Shown here piece by piece: positions 36,922 through 48,742 of a DNA stretch of 64,000 nt (its first letter is position 1; every line of letters starts with the position of its first letter). Both the position numbers and the translations under genes were made by a program. A model generated the notes under the pieces. It was not told where the DNA came from. It worked only from the letters and a program-made list of their open reading frames with translations, and searched no databases. Source of the stretch: Blepharisma stoltei ATCC 30299. Lineage: Eukaryota; Protista; Ciliophora. The DNA is taken from the NCBI GenBank assembly GCA_965603825.1, contig CBFDEM010000054.1, positions 62,001 to 126,000 on the forward strand, in the 5' to 3' direction.

Positions 36922-39900
36922 TTATTCAGTTAAAGCATTTTTCGGCTTTTTGGGAATTATTTTCGAAATTGAAAACATTTGGTGGATTTTTTGTTTTTCT
37001 TTTCATAAAAATGGTGCAAAAGCCAAAGAATATAGAATTATCAATGAAAGGGAGTATACAATCCCAACTCATATAATAAGATTTAATTGTTCGTCAACTA
37101 ACCTTTTAGTTTCTGTGTCAGAAAAGCTAAGGAGCTGCTTATATCATCATTCGAATTTTCTTACATTTGAATGCATTTGGACCATAATTGCAACTGTATC
37201 TGGGTCAAATGAATAGCCAATATAAAGTCCTTCAAAAAGTAAAATATAAACAGAAGAAAAAATCCCAATTTGAAAATACCCACTTTGTGAAGTTGTGCTT
37301 TCGAATAATAATTGAACAGACTGCGATCCATACATTTCTACGTAGTCTCTTTGCCTTATCCGCTTGCTTTCATACAAGATTTTAATTAAAGAATCTTTTA
37401 ACTCATATTTTGGCATTTTTAAGTCATATATCCCAAATTTTTTGTATAGAGGGTCGTAATATTCGATTATAACTTCTTTTGACCAAAAATATAATTTTAA
37501 AACAGCCATTTGTTCATTTTGCATAGCATTGATAATTTGAGGCCTTTTCTCCAAATATCAATTGCAGTCTGTATATAACTTAAATTGTGTAACAAATGTG
37601 AAAATTACTGATATAGCAAAATATAAAATTATTCTTCACCAAAACCTTTTATAAGATTTAAAATTAAGGCTTTTTGGATTTTCAATGATTCTGTCTTCTT
37701 CTTTGTAGTAAGTTTTATCATGAATTTGAGCTAAGCGATTTATATAGCCTTCACTTAGTTCTTGAAAAGACTCAATTGTAGATTTTCGTATAAAAATTCA
37801 AAAATTGTGGATTTTGCTTTCAAGAGATTTTGCAAAAAAGAGCAAGCAGCCGACACATACCACTAAAACACCTATTTGAAAGTGATATAAAGCATTGATT
37901 TGATCTGATAAATTTTCAACATTGTCGTTGGTACAATTAGTAATATAAGAAACTGCATTGTCAGTGTACTCATAGAGATGCCCAAAGCCATTTAAAACAA
38001 GAAAATTCAATTCTTCGATATAGCTTTGATTATTAGCTACATTAGTTAAAAATTCATTTCCCTATGTAACTATTACTATTTCTAAAAAATCATCCATAAT
38101 ATCAATCATATTTCTATACTCAAGAGTATAATTTTCCTTTACATTCCATATAGGAACTACACTACTTGTAAAAATCTCATTCAAATTACAAGTATCTCAA
38201 CTAGTTAAATTTCCTAAAATTTCTGCTTTAATTTCTTTCAAACTCTTCAAATTTTGTTCCAAATTTGATATATAAGTCTGAAGAGTAAGATATTGAGCTA
38301 AAGTATAAACATTATCAACTGATCTGCTATATGTCGCGATATTAATGATTGTTAACTCTAAATTTCCAATAAGCATCAGTGTATCTAAATCGTTTGCTCT
38401 ATTGGTTTCTATGACAACAAACGAAACCAGCACAATTGTTGTGATTATTACTGCTGCAATCTAGATAAAAATTACTGATAACATAATGATATAATTGAAA
38501 AGTTTTATCTGTTTTATTGAGGTTTCAACTATTTGATTTGTAGCTTTAATTGAAGCACTGTCTGATGAATAATTTGGAGATGTTAATGATTTTTCATATT
38601 TTTGAAAATAATTATTTTCTTTGATTTCTTCATCAGTCTCTACAATTGTTGTATCATTAAAGGTGGATAGCCTATCTTGCTTCATTGATTTATAATCAAA
38701 AATGCTCATTGATAGACCTAAAAATTCCATAGACCTTGTATTTTCTAATAAAAATGCATTTGGAATTTTGCAAGTTTCGTTATCATATAAATTTATTTGT
38801 CGATCATTTATTCAGTTTTTTATTGAGACTTCACTTTTATCAACCAAAATATAGTGAATTTTTGTATCAATAAACATTTCTGAGCCTTTCATTACAAATC
38901 AATTTTTGTCATTAAAATTTATTTTTTCAGGTGAAAATATTTCCATTATCTCATAGCTTGGAAAAACACTGTTTAAATTTATACTTTCCAAATTACTTTT
39001 CATGCCAAATATTTCGTTAAAATTTTTAGAATATGCAGTTAATTGTCCATTGTCTGCAACCAACGCAAAATGATATGAAGATTGAACAGATTTTAAAGCA
39101 ACCATAATATAAATATTGCAATTAACAGCAACAATAACAGCTCTAGCATAGCATTCAGTTAGCCATCCATATGAGTTTTTTAAACAAATAGACTGAGGCA
39201 AATAGATTTCTGTCATAGACTGATACTGAACGTATTCTTGAAGTCCGTGAGTTATTATTTGGTCATATGGAGGGGGAATAAAGTATGAAAAATTATTCCC
39301 CAGAATTTGGTACAATTCTGCATTGAGGAATTCACAAACTTTTGGAGTTGCATATTTTATTACACCTAAAGAATTTTTGTTGCAGGATATAAGCAGCACT
39401 CCTCCATATTCATCAAAATAATTCAATTTTTCAGTTGGATTCGCTGCTTTATTTAGGTTATTTACTAAATAATCCCATTTTCTTAACAGAATTGCTGATT
39501 TTTCATTATCTGTGCCTAACAATTGTAAAAAAGTTGAATAAAACACAAATGGCTCACTGCATTTAGAAAATTCAATTGTTATGGCTGCATATTTATGGTT
39601 TATTTCTTCAATTTTATTATTAAGTTCATGTATACAAGTATAGAGTATTTCAAGTTTTGGCACTTCAGTCGAAATTTGCCGAATAAATTCTAAAAATATG
39701 TCACAGAATTTTTCATCATCATTTTTTGCACTTTCTAAATTTTTTGAATATAAAGGATATGAAAATTCATCATCAGAAAAAACTCTGTGGAGATTGCACC
39801 GCTTTTGGCAAATATATTCTTGAAAATCTGCTTCAAAGCTGCTTAATGATTGGGAAGCTTTACATAGCTTGATTCTGGCTAATGAAATATTTTTTAATGA

Positions 39901-41139
39901 ATAAAAACAGTAGTTGGCTTCTCATATAACAAGCAATTTATTTTTCCATAAAGAAGATTTTACATAGCAATCTGCGAAAATTTCAGTCATTTGTTCAAAA
40001 TTTTGATATTTTTTGCTGATTAAAGAACCTCGAATAACTTTTTCCAATTGGAAAATATTTTTGAAATAATTTACATTAAAAATGGCTATTTTGTTTCTTT
40101 TTCTTATTCTTTTCCGTTTCCATAGGTGAATAATGGCAAATAAAGGCACAAGAACAATGCTAAGCGTCATTATTGTATAAGCATCATCAATAAGTGACCC
40201 TATAATAAATATAACAGATACAATGGCAATAATGAGATATTTTAAAGCTGCTATTGAATTCGAAATATCATTGTAATATGGGGAAATCTTCAAATAGTTA
40301 TAAAATAGAATTAATGACATTCAAATCACAATCAGACGAAAATATCAATAATGATCTGCTCCAATCACAGCGTAGATTATTGATATTAAAAACTCGTAGG
40401 CCAGGCTCATAATTTCTGGATTTGAATGAGATTTTGCATATACGTTTATATAAGAGTATTTGTGTCTTATATCAGCTGAATATACTCTAGCGACAAAAAC
40501 AATTAGTAAACTAATAATCATGATTCCAGGAGACACAACTCATAAATAAGAATTAAGCCTCAAATTGCTGCTTTGATTATTATCAAAGTATTCAATAATT
40601 GTATCATCATTTGTAATGTTATATTTAAAATACATGCATAATAAAACTATAGCAGGTATAAAGAAGGTTTCGGAAAAAAGATTCAAAATAATTTTGCAAA
40701 GCCCAACTGGGATTGATAGTTTTGAGCTTGAAAATTTAAATTTCAAAAGAAATCCCAAAATTAAGACTCCAAATATAGTGATAATATTAATAGCGAAAAT
40801 TGAGTAAAAACAAGTTTCATAGACATTTAAAGCAGAGCATAAGTTATCAAACCTCACATATCCGATTAATTTTAAAATCCCTATAATTTCATTTCATTTG
40901 GAAACCTCTAAATTCGAAACTCACAGCAAACTGCAGATTTGGAGGCAGTTCACTAAGTTTTCAATTGAAAATTTCAGTTTTTGTAGTCATACCCTTGCAC
41001 TTCCTACATAATTTTGTTTATTATAAGTATCAAAGAATTCATAAATTCATTTAGAAATTGTTTTTTTACTTTTGATGCCTTTGAGAGATTTTCATGAATT
41101 TTTAACACTTTCTTCCATTGCTACAACCCCATCGTCCAT
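36922..41139 (-). CDS. Multi-TM PAS-domain protein (TmcB/TmcC-like family common in ciliates), ~1,395 aa, ~19 TGA=Trp, 2 introns
   Basis: Eight same-frame track ORFs joined by TGA and two 15-nt introns. N-terminal TMs, helical region, PAS-like LGVIKYATPKVCEFL...ILGNNFSYFIPPPY, C-terminal TMs; TAA at 36922. Confidence 0.82.
38062..38076 (-). other. 15-nt intron (gtaatagttacatag)
   Basis: GT-AG, A at -6; removes an in-frame TAG. Confidence 0.85.
38461..38475 (-). other. 15-nt intron (gtaatttttatctag)
   Basis: GT-AG, A at -6; removes an in-frame TAG inside a TM segment. Confidence 0.85.
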
Positions 41140-41374
41140 TATTTATTGCTATATTCAAGAGAATATTAACTTTTAATTAAAATTTCCCATGGATAAATAA
41201 TGCTTAAACAATTTAATAATCAAGCAACAAGAAAATTCAAAAGTTTTGTTTAAGGCAATTAAATATTTATTAGAAAATATCTAGATTTATACAAAGTCTG
41301 TAGTTTAGTTCTAGATTTTCATTGGAGTGAAAATTAATTTATATTAAAATGACTTAATTATTTTTTACCTCAGG

Positions 41375-42727
41375 TTATGCTTTATTAATAATACTCATTT
41401 GTGTATAATGGGCTATTGATTCTTCTACTTTTGGTCCATTTAATGACTCTGGTATCATTTTGCATATTATCCACATAGCTACAGATCCCGCAGCTAAAAG
41501 GTAAAACGAAAAGGCATAATTAAAAGGGAAAATTCAACCACTTTCGACTGTCGTTGCAAAAGTTCACCCAAATAGCAAAGGAGCGATAGACCTAGCTAAA
41601 GAGCCTACAGTCATAAAAAGTCCATTCATTCTTCCTCTCTCTTTGTTTACTACTGAATTATTTGACATGCAACTTACTGATGTAAATGATATAAAATTCA
41701 CGGTAATTCAAATGATATTAAATAACGCCAAAATAAATCATTTGAGTAATGTTGTGTTTCTAAATCAGCTTGAGATTGGTATGATTAGAAGAATTGGGAC
41801 AGCCAAAAATGTTGTCATATTAGAGGTCTTGACCAGTCCATACCGACTAATAAAAGAAGAAAATATGAGTTTCTGGAAAAAGACTAATGAAATTGCACTT
41901 GCTGCCAGCAGAAGCCCAATCTCATCAGGATCCATTGAGAATCCTCCATTTACAATGTCCGCATATAAATATAATGAAACAAGCTCATGCATAGCCGTTG
42001 AGTTATTAGATAAAATTGTATATACTCCTAATACTTTACTTACCAAAGGATCAGCAGCAATCTGCATAAAACTCCTTCCTTCTTGGCCAATCAGCGAATC
42101 TTTCATATCAGATTTGTCCAAAGTTTCTTCGAGAAATGGATAAACCATTAAGAAAGCGCATAAACCCATTAAAGCAGCCACAAAATTCGGAAGCAAGAAT
42201 GGGTAGTCTACGAAAATTCCTGAGTCTATAAGTCCAGACGATTTAGGGTCTTCTAATAGACCTCCAATGACATTTCCTGACACCATTCCAATTTGCCATA
42301 AAAGTGTTTGCCAAGCCATCGCATTCGGCTGCTCATCACCTGGACAAATTTCAGACAATAGAGTTTTAATTACAATTGCAAGTGGTGTAAAGACTCCTAA
42401 TAAGAACCTGCACATCATAGCCCAATAAATATTTCGAGAAAATCCAAAAAGCAATGAAAATACAGTGATAGATGCAATTCCAATAAGGATAACTGGTCTT
42501 CGGCCTCATTTATCACATATTCAGCCTCAAAAAGGTGAGGTTATTGTTCTACCTATCATAAGAGAAAATGTGATAATTCCTACTCAGGTACCTGTTGTTG
42601 AGCGGCTATTAGTCATACCAAATGATATGACCATCTTGCTAGCGAATGGGATGATGACAGTAAATACAATTGCATTGGCTAAGGATGCCAAATATATGCC
42701 TACCAAAATTATTCTCTTCTTATTCAT
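41375..42727 (-). CDS. MFS transporter (ZIFL-like), paralogue 1, 450 aa (9 TGA=Trp)
   Basis: Motif A F(W)G(W)ICDK(W)GRRPV; RFLLG; IGGLL; YPFLLP; RGRMNG. Confidence 0.92.
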
Positions 42728-43243
42728 TAGATAATAAATGGAATTTTAACATGAAATTTAAGATCATACTTTAAATAGGTGGTGAAATAAAGAGGGTTAA
42801 GAAAGTTTCATTTGGGCTTTTGGATCTGGAAATTGAAATAAATTTGATTGAGGAAACATAAATTATAAATAAAAACTTAGGTATGAATTTTTAAATATGA
42901 GGTCTTATTAAAATAAGGATTTTATAAGATATATTTTAGATAAATCATTAGTGATCGTAAAAAAGATTTTATTGTGGTAATTAAGATGCTGGGTAGTAAA
43001 TTATTTTAAAGGATTTTTTCAATAATAATAAATAATATTTCAGCTGGGTAAATTAATGCTAGTTTTTAGTATTTAATTTATAAGTGTGGCTATTTTAAAA
43101 AATTATTTATAAAAACTTTTATTTTGATTGGGTATTTGACTTTGTTAAATATCTTACATTTTTTGATTCAGTATAATTTAAGAATTTTATTAGGTCGCTA
43201 TTGACTTTCATTTTAAATTTAAAAGGGGCTTTATATAAAATAA

Positions 43244-43730
43244 ATGAGCACAAAGGAACAAACTATTTTAAACCCTTCTCTCAGATCTACTTAAATTCGA
43301 GTTTACTTCTGATCGTGAAGAAAAATTACAGCTTCAATCCGACATAAGTGAAACTTACAAAACTACTAGAAGCTTTAGAAAAAAAGCTTTCCCAAAAAGT
43401 AATTTCAAAACTAAATTTTAAGGAAACAGTCACTCAGATTTAGGAATACTTAAACTTCATTTTATTAATTTTATCTTTATTACTCTATTTGCGTGAATCT
43501 TTTTAATCTGCTTTATTAATAGCTGAGAATGGACTTCTATCGCTTTACTGACGATATTCGGATGCACTCTTGTACCAATTTTAGGCTTTAAAAGCTATTT
43601 TGCCATCAGAGAAATTATAAGAAAGAATAAAAATTATAAAGATCAAAGACTCCAAAATTGGAAACCTGAAGAATTTGTATGAAATCCTTGGAGAAATTCA
43701 GAAATGCTCTGCTCAAACTGTTCTAAATAA
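43244..43730 (+). pseudogene. Probable decayed gene for a small 2-TM protein
   Basis: Coding-like frame 43272-43730 with one internal TAA (43419) and two hydrophobic segments; the only upstream ATG (43244) is out of frame. Confidence 0.4.
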
Positions 43731-44074
43731 CAATTTTGTAACAGAAGCACACTCAGAACGGCAATTCTAATGGTTTTTAAATTTAAAAACAATTTAATTC
43801 ATATAATAAATTATGTTTCTCTAATTAAATTAAGAGATGAAACCTTAAAGTTACAAAAGAATTAGAATTTATTTTAATAGCATATTTACTTCCATAGCGC
43901 TGCTTCAGAGCCGAAAGACTTAATAAGTTAGCTTGCGAATTATCCAGATTTAATTTACCTTAACCTTTGAGCATGAATATCCTTCGAATTTCACAAATAA
44001 GATTAAAAATGCCTCTCCGATTATGATATAATTTGGTTATAGATTATGCTAATTAATCTACTATTATTCACAGC

Positions 44075-44192
44075 CTTTCTTGCAGACAGTTTAAGAAATG
44101 GCAACTGCGAAAGAATCGAGATAAAAAATGTGAAAACAACATTTTTTTCGAGGCTGGTTCGTTACTGCTCCTCGATTTCTCTACAAAATACA
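44075..44192. ncRNA. Candidate structured RNA element (unclassified)
   Basis: Four helices within ~120 nt: CTTTC(TT)GCAG/CTGCGAAAG, AAAAAATGT/ACATTTTTT, TCGAGG/CCTCGA, AATCGAG/CTCGATT. Confidence 0.35.
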
Positions 44193-44224
44193 AGAAGACT
44201 AATTAGATTAATTGTTCCAAGTAT

Positions 44225-45577
44225 TTACGCTTTACTAAAGGTTTTAAATTCAATATACTGAAAACCTTGCTTTTCCTTTGGATGATTCAAAGAAACTGGT
44301 AGCCGACTGCAGATTGCCCACATTAAAACTTCTATCAGAGCTAATAAATAAAATGAAAAAGAATAATTCAAAGGAAAAATCATGCCACTTTTCACAGTAT
44401 TCGCAAACGTGAACCCAATTAATAGCGGTGCAAATGCCTTTGCGAGGCTCGCTGAGGTCATAAAGAGCCCATTCATCCTCCCTCTTTCCCCTGGTACAAC
44501 TGAGTTATTTGACATACAGCTTATTGCAGTAAATGAAATAATATTTACAGTAATCCACGACATTTGGATTAACCTAAGAACTAGTCACTTCGCAAGTTGA
44601 GTTTGATTTAAAAAACTTGCAAAAGGCCCTAATAAAAGTATTGGAATTGCCAAAAAAGTAGTCACTTTTGTAGTTGTAGCAAGTCCAAGCTTTTTGATAA
44701 TAAAAGAAGCCAAACTTTTTTGGAAAAGGACTATTAATATTGTAGAAGAGCCTAAAAACAGTCCTATTTCATTTGGATCAAGCTCAAATCCTCCGTTTTT
44801 TCTGTCTGTCCATAAATAAAGGACCATAAGCTCATTCATAGCTGTTGAGTTATTTGCCCATATTGTGTAAGCAGATAAAATTTTACAGACAACCGGGTCA
44901 GTAATTATTTGCTTTGAAGTCTTATTCCTATTGGTCGTGTCTGCAAATAATGACGACTTTTGAAGAGTTTCTTGTAAATTTGGGTATACGAGCCAAAAGG
45001 AAATAAATGCCATCAAAGCTGCTACACAGTTTGGCAATAAAAATGGAAACTCAGCGAAAATGCCGCAAGTTATAAGCCCAGAATTTTTTGGGTCCTCTAA
45101 TAAGCCTCCAATTACATTTCCTGCAACAATTCCTATCTGCCATAGCATCGATTGCAATGCCATGGCTGACGGCTGTTCTTCATCTGGACATAATTCAGAA
45201 ATCAATGTCTTTGTCACGATTGCCAAAGGAGTAAACACTCCAAGCAAAAATCTTGATGAGAGCGCTCACCAAAAGTTTGGAGAAAACCCAAAAAGTAACG
45301 AAAATATTGTGATAGAAGCTATTCCTATAAGCATTACTGGTCGTCTGCCCCAGTGGTCGCACATTGCGCCTCAAAATGCGGACGTTATTGTTCTTCCAAA
45401 CATCAAGGAAAAGGTGATGAGGCCCACCCAAGCCCCTGTTGAGGACCTGTCTTCAGCTATCTCGAACTTCATGACCATTTTGCTTGCAAAAGGGATCACT
45501 AAAGTAAAGACAATAGCATTTGCGAAATAAGCTGTGTAAATACCGATGAGATTAAGCGTTTTCTTTTTTATCTGCAT
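44225..45577 (-). CDS. MFS transporter (ZIFL-like), paralogue 2, 450 aa (3 TGA=Trp)
   Basis: Colinear with paralogue 1 and the same length (1353 nt); F(W)GAMCDHWGRRPV. Confidence 0.92.
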
Positions 45578-45899
45578 CTTTCGAAATTATTATTTTATCT
45601 CAAAGATTGAATGCATGAAATGGTATATTCTGCCAATTTTCATTAATCAATTTAGACTTGAAAATAAGATAAATAAATTGGTGAAGATTTTTATAATCTT
45701 CAATAAAGATACGATCATGATCAATTGTATGATGATATAAAGAAGAAAGCTGTGTAGGTAAATTAAAAAAAAGCTGAAAACTTTCAAAATGGTTTTCCAT
45801 AATTACCAGCTTTTTTAATTAAAAAACGCTTATTTGAAATTAAATTTAATTATTGGAATAAACTGAAAAAAAGCCAATTTTCTTAAATTAGATGCATAA

Positions 45900-46898
45900 T
45901 TAGTCAAATCTTGTTCTCACCAAAATTTTTGAGTTTGTTTTTCTTTCTCTATAAGAAATAAGAGCATTTTTCAACTTATTGAGGTTGATTGTTTCTTTGT
46001 AATCAATTCTAAATATCTGGTCATATAACTTTTGGACTTTATCAAAAATATCCATCTTTTTCAATATAGTCAGTTTTGTAAGCCAAATATTTAAATCAAG
46101 TCCTCGAATTATTTTTTTTCTTGCAAGACTTGTTGGGTTTATCATGCAGAATTGTCCAGAGAGATTACCATAGATATATAATTTCCCAGGCTCTTTAATT
46201 AAATCGTATACTTCTCCAGCCATTTCTCCAGAAATCGCGTCAAATCCAATTGTTGCTCCAAGCTCTTTCACAAGTAGCCTAGTTCTATTTTGCCATCCTT
46301 CAGAAGTTGTAATTATAATATAATCAGCCCCTATATCCCTTAGCACCTCTGCTTGATCATTTCGTCTGACCAGATTAATCACTGGGATTCCATAATAATG
46401 GCAATACCTTAATAGTGCTTTTCCAACGCTGCTTGCAGCAGCTGTTTGTATAACAGCTCTATGGTTCCCCTTTTTTATTTTTTTCATCATATATTCAACT
46501 GTAAAAGCTGTAAATACATTTGCAGCATTTTCAAAACTAAAATCATCATTAATCGGCAGCACTTTTTCAGCTTTTGTTATTGAATATTCAGAGAAGGAGC
46601 CTATTGAATTTTGTCCTGAAACAAGAAAAGCAACGCGCTTGTTTACCAAGGAATTTGCTAAAGCTCCGCCTCCACTTTGCATAACAGTTCCACTTCCTTG
46701 TAGGCCTAATGAACTGTTGGAGAGATGAAAATGAGAGCAACCCATTGCTACGATTTCATCAGAAGGATTTATGCTTGCAAACTCAGTTTTTATTAAAACA
46801 TAGCCTTCAGGAAGGCTTGGGACATCAATTTCTTTGATTTGTATTGTGCCTAAATCCGTGTATTTTTCAATAGACGCAAGCTTTATTTTTTCGGCCAT
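45900..46898 (-). CDS. MDR-superfamily Zn-independent NAD(P)H oxidoreductase (quinone/enoyl reductase-like), paralogue A
   Basis: SINPSD, GSGTV, GSFSEY, QTAAASSVG, INLVRR, GATIGFDAISG, YIYGNLSG. Confidence 0.88.
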   Translation of the reverse strand: MAEKIKLASIEKYTDLGTIQIKEIDVPSLPEGYVLIKTEFASINPSDEIVAMGCSHFHLSNSSLGLQGSGTVMQSGGGALANSLVNKRVAFLVSGQNSIGSFSEYSITKAEKVLPINDDFSFENAANVFTAFTVEYMMKKIKKGNHRAVIQTAAASSVGKALLRYCHYYGIPVINLVRRNDQAEVLRDIGADYIIITTSEGWQNRTRLLVKELGATIGFDAISGEMAGEVYDLIKEPGKLYIYGNLSGQFCMINPTSLARKKIIRGLDLNIWLTKLTILKKMDIFDKVQKLYDQIFRIDYKETINLNKLKNALISYRERKTNSKILVRTRFD

Positions 46899-47272
46899 AG
46901 GCTTATATTATGTAATTCTGATTTGCCATTTTTCGTGGCTAAAAATTTAAATATTACCATGACCAATTAAAATCAATCATAAATTCCTATACCTATCATT
47001 GAGCCCAAAATAAGCACTACAGCTTTGGTTGCTGTTTAAACTAACTTTTGCAAAGATTTTTGCTTTAAAAGTATTTATAAAAGTAATTTATTAATTCTCA
47101 ATAATTTAAAAAATTTACTAAGCACTAAATTAAACGCAAAATGATGCTTTACAAGAGTTTAGATACTGGCTTGTTAATTATTTCCTAAATCAAATCATCC
47201 CCCAATCTTTATTCATTTTTGTAGTCGAATTAAATCATTTATTAAATTTTAATAAAGCAACTCTTATAAATA

Positions 47273-47746
47273 ATGAAATTTATAGTGCTATTGTTTTTTA
47301 CTGAGGCATTTGCTCAAGAAAAAGTAGAAGGAGTTTCAGATTTAGACTACTTTATTATGGGGTTTTATAACGGACTTCAAGAAAATCCTTATAGCCCTTC
47401 TAATTGTATCAAAAGTATCCCTGCAATTACAAGCGCATATGATACCTTTTCAACTGCATATTCAACTGGAGAATCATTTAGTGTCCAGCTGCATGCATTC
47501 AAAGGGGTGTCAAATGCATTTACCTCAACAATTTCTATTTGCAATTTTAATGCTCTTATTACAGATATCGCTGGAACCTTTCAAATTTCAACCTTAAAAG
47601 AACTGGGAATAGCTGTGCTGACAAATGTTTATTTATATGGATATTTGATTAGACAAATCATAATTGCTTATTTGAATTTTATGTATTATGATCAAGGATA
47701 TTATGTTGGGAAGCTACTTTCAACATCTTACAGCTTTTATCTTTAA
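47273..47746 (+). CDS. Small secreted helical protein, 157 aa
   Basis: Signal peptide MKFIVLLFFTEAFA; two Cys; clean ATG...TAA TAA. Confidence 0.75.
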   Translation: MKFIVLLFFTEAFAQEKVEGVSDLDYFIMGFYNGLQENPYSPSNCIKSIPAITSAYDTFSTAYSTGESFSVQLHAFKGVSNAFTSTISICNFNALITDIAGTFQISTLKELGIAVLTNVYLYGYLIRQIIIAYLNFMYYDQGYYVGKLLSTSYSFYL

Positions 47747-47898
47747 TAAGCTTTAAAAAATAATTCAACTAAGTTGTGTAACTAAATGACTTGCTTATTT
47801 TTATTCAGTGTTTATAAATAGTTATCATGTAATTTTAGAATATAAAAGTGCGATTTAGTATAATCTGCTTTCATCAATTTAAACTAGTTAATTGAAAA

Positions 47899-48714
47899 AT
47901 GCTTACAAGGACTTTAAGAAGATTTTCATCTTTTACAAATCATTTCAGGTCAGCTGCTTGGTCTGTCCCATCTCCTGAAAAGCAGAATACACCTCCAGAT
48001 GACGCATACTTTGCTAATGATAGAGCTATGGCTGTCGCAGATGGTATAAGCGGATGGAAACAAATGGGTGTGGATCCTTCAAAATATGCTTGGGAATTAA
48101 TGCAGAATGTCTCCAAATCCATTGTATCTCTTCCAGATAAGCTAAAATTCGAGCCACAAGCAGTCCTAAAAGACGCTACCAAAAATACCAAAGAAACTGG
48201 CAGCTCTACCTGCACATTAGCAATCTTCGACCCTGAGCTTTCAAAACTATATACTGCCAACATCGGCGACTCAGGCTTTATGATATATCGTAAAAAAGGA
48301 GAAGAAGTTGAGCTTATCGCAAGATCCCAAGACGTGATCCACAGCTTTAATTCCCCATGTCAGCTAGGAACAGATGGAGATTCTCCTGATATCGCTTCTT
48401 ACGAAGTAATAGAAGTTCAAGATAAAGATCTTATTGTTATGTATACAGACGGTCTCACACAAAATATGTTCGATGACCAAATTTTAAGAATGATTAAGCC
48501 TTTTATGTTATTACATGAAATTCCTGACCTAGAAATCATTGCAGAAATGGTAGCTGAAAGAGCATTGGAACATAGCACTGATACAAAATTCGAGTCACCT
48601 TATATGCTAAAAGCCAAAAGTGAAAAAATTGAATGGGTAGGAGGAAAACCAAACGATATAACGGTGTTGGTTGGCCAGATAAATCTCAAGGAAATAAAGC
48701 CAATCGAAGTATAA
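47899..48714 (+). CDS. PPTC7: PTC7-type mitochondrial PP2C phosphatase homologue
   Basis: Presequence-like MLTRTLRRFSSF; VADGISGW...GVDP, GSST, ANIGDSGF, HSFNSPCQL, TDG, GGKPNDITV. Confidence 0.88.
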   Translation: MLTRTLRRFSSFTNHFRSAAWSVPSPEKQNTPPDDAYFANDRAMAVADGISGWKQMGVDPSKYAWELMQNVSKSIVSLPDKLKFEPQAVLKDATKNTKETGSSTCTLAIFDPELSKLYTANIGDSGFMIYRKKGEEVELIARSQDVIHSFNSPCQLGTDGDSPDIASYEVIEVQDKDLIVMYTDGLTQNMFDDQILRMIKPFMLLHEIPDLEIIAEMVAERALEHSTDTKFESPYMLKAKSEKIEWVGGKPNDITVLVGQINLKEIKPIEV

Positions 48715-48742
48715 TAATTAAAAATTTAGGGAATTCTATTTA

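Noticed and set aside
44046-44261. 71-aa plus-strand ORF
   Set aside because: No domain, it overlaps the 3' end of MFS2, and the local base-pairing pattern explains the region better.
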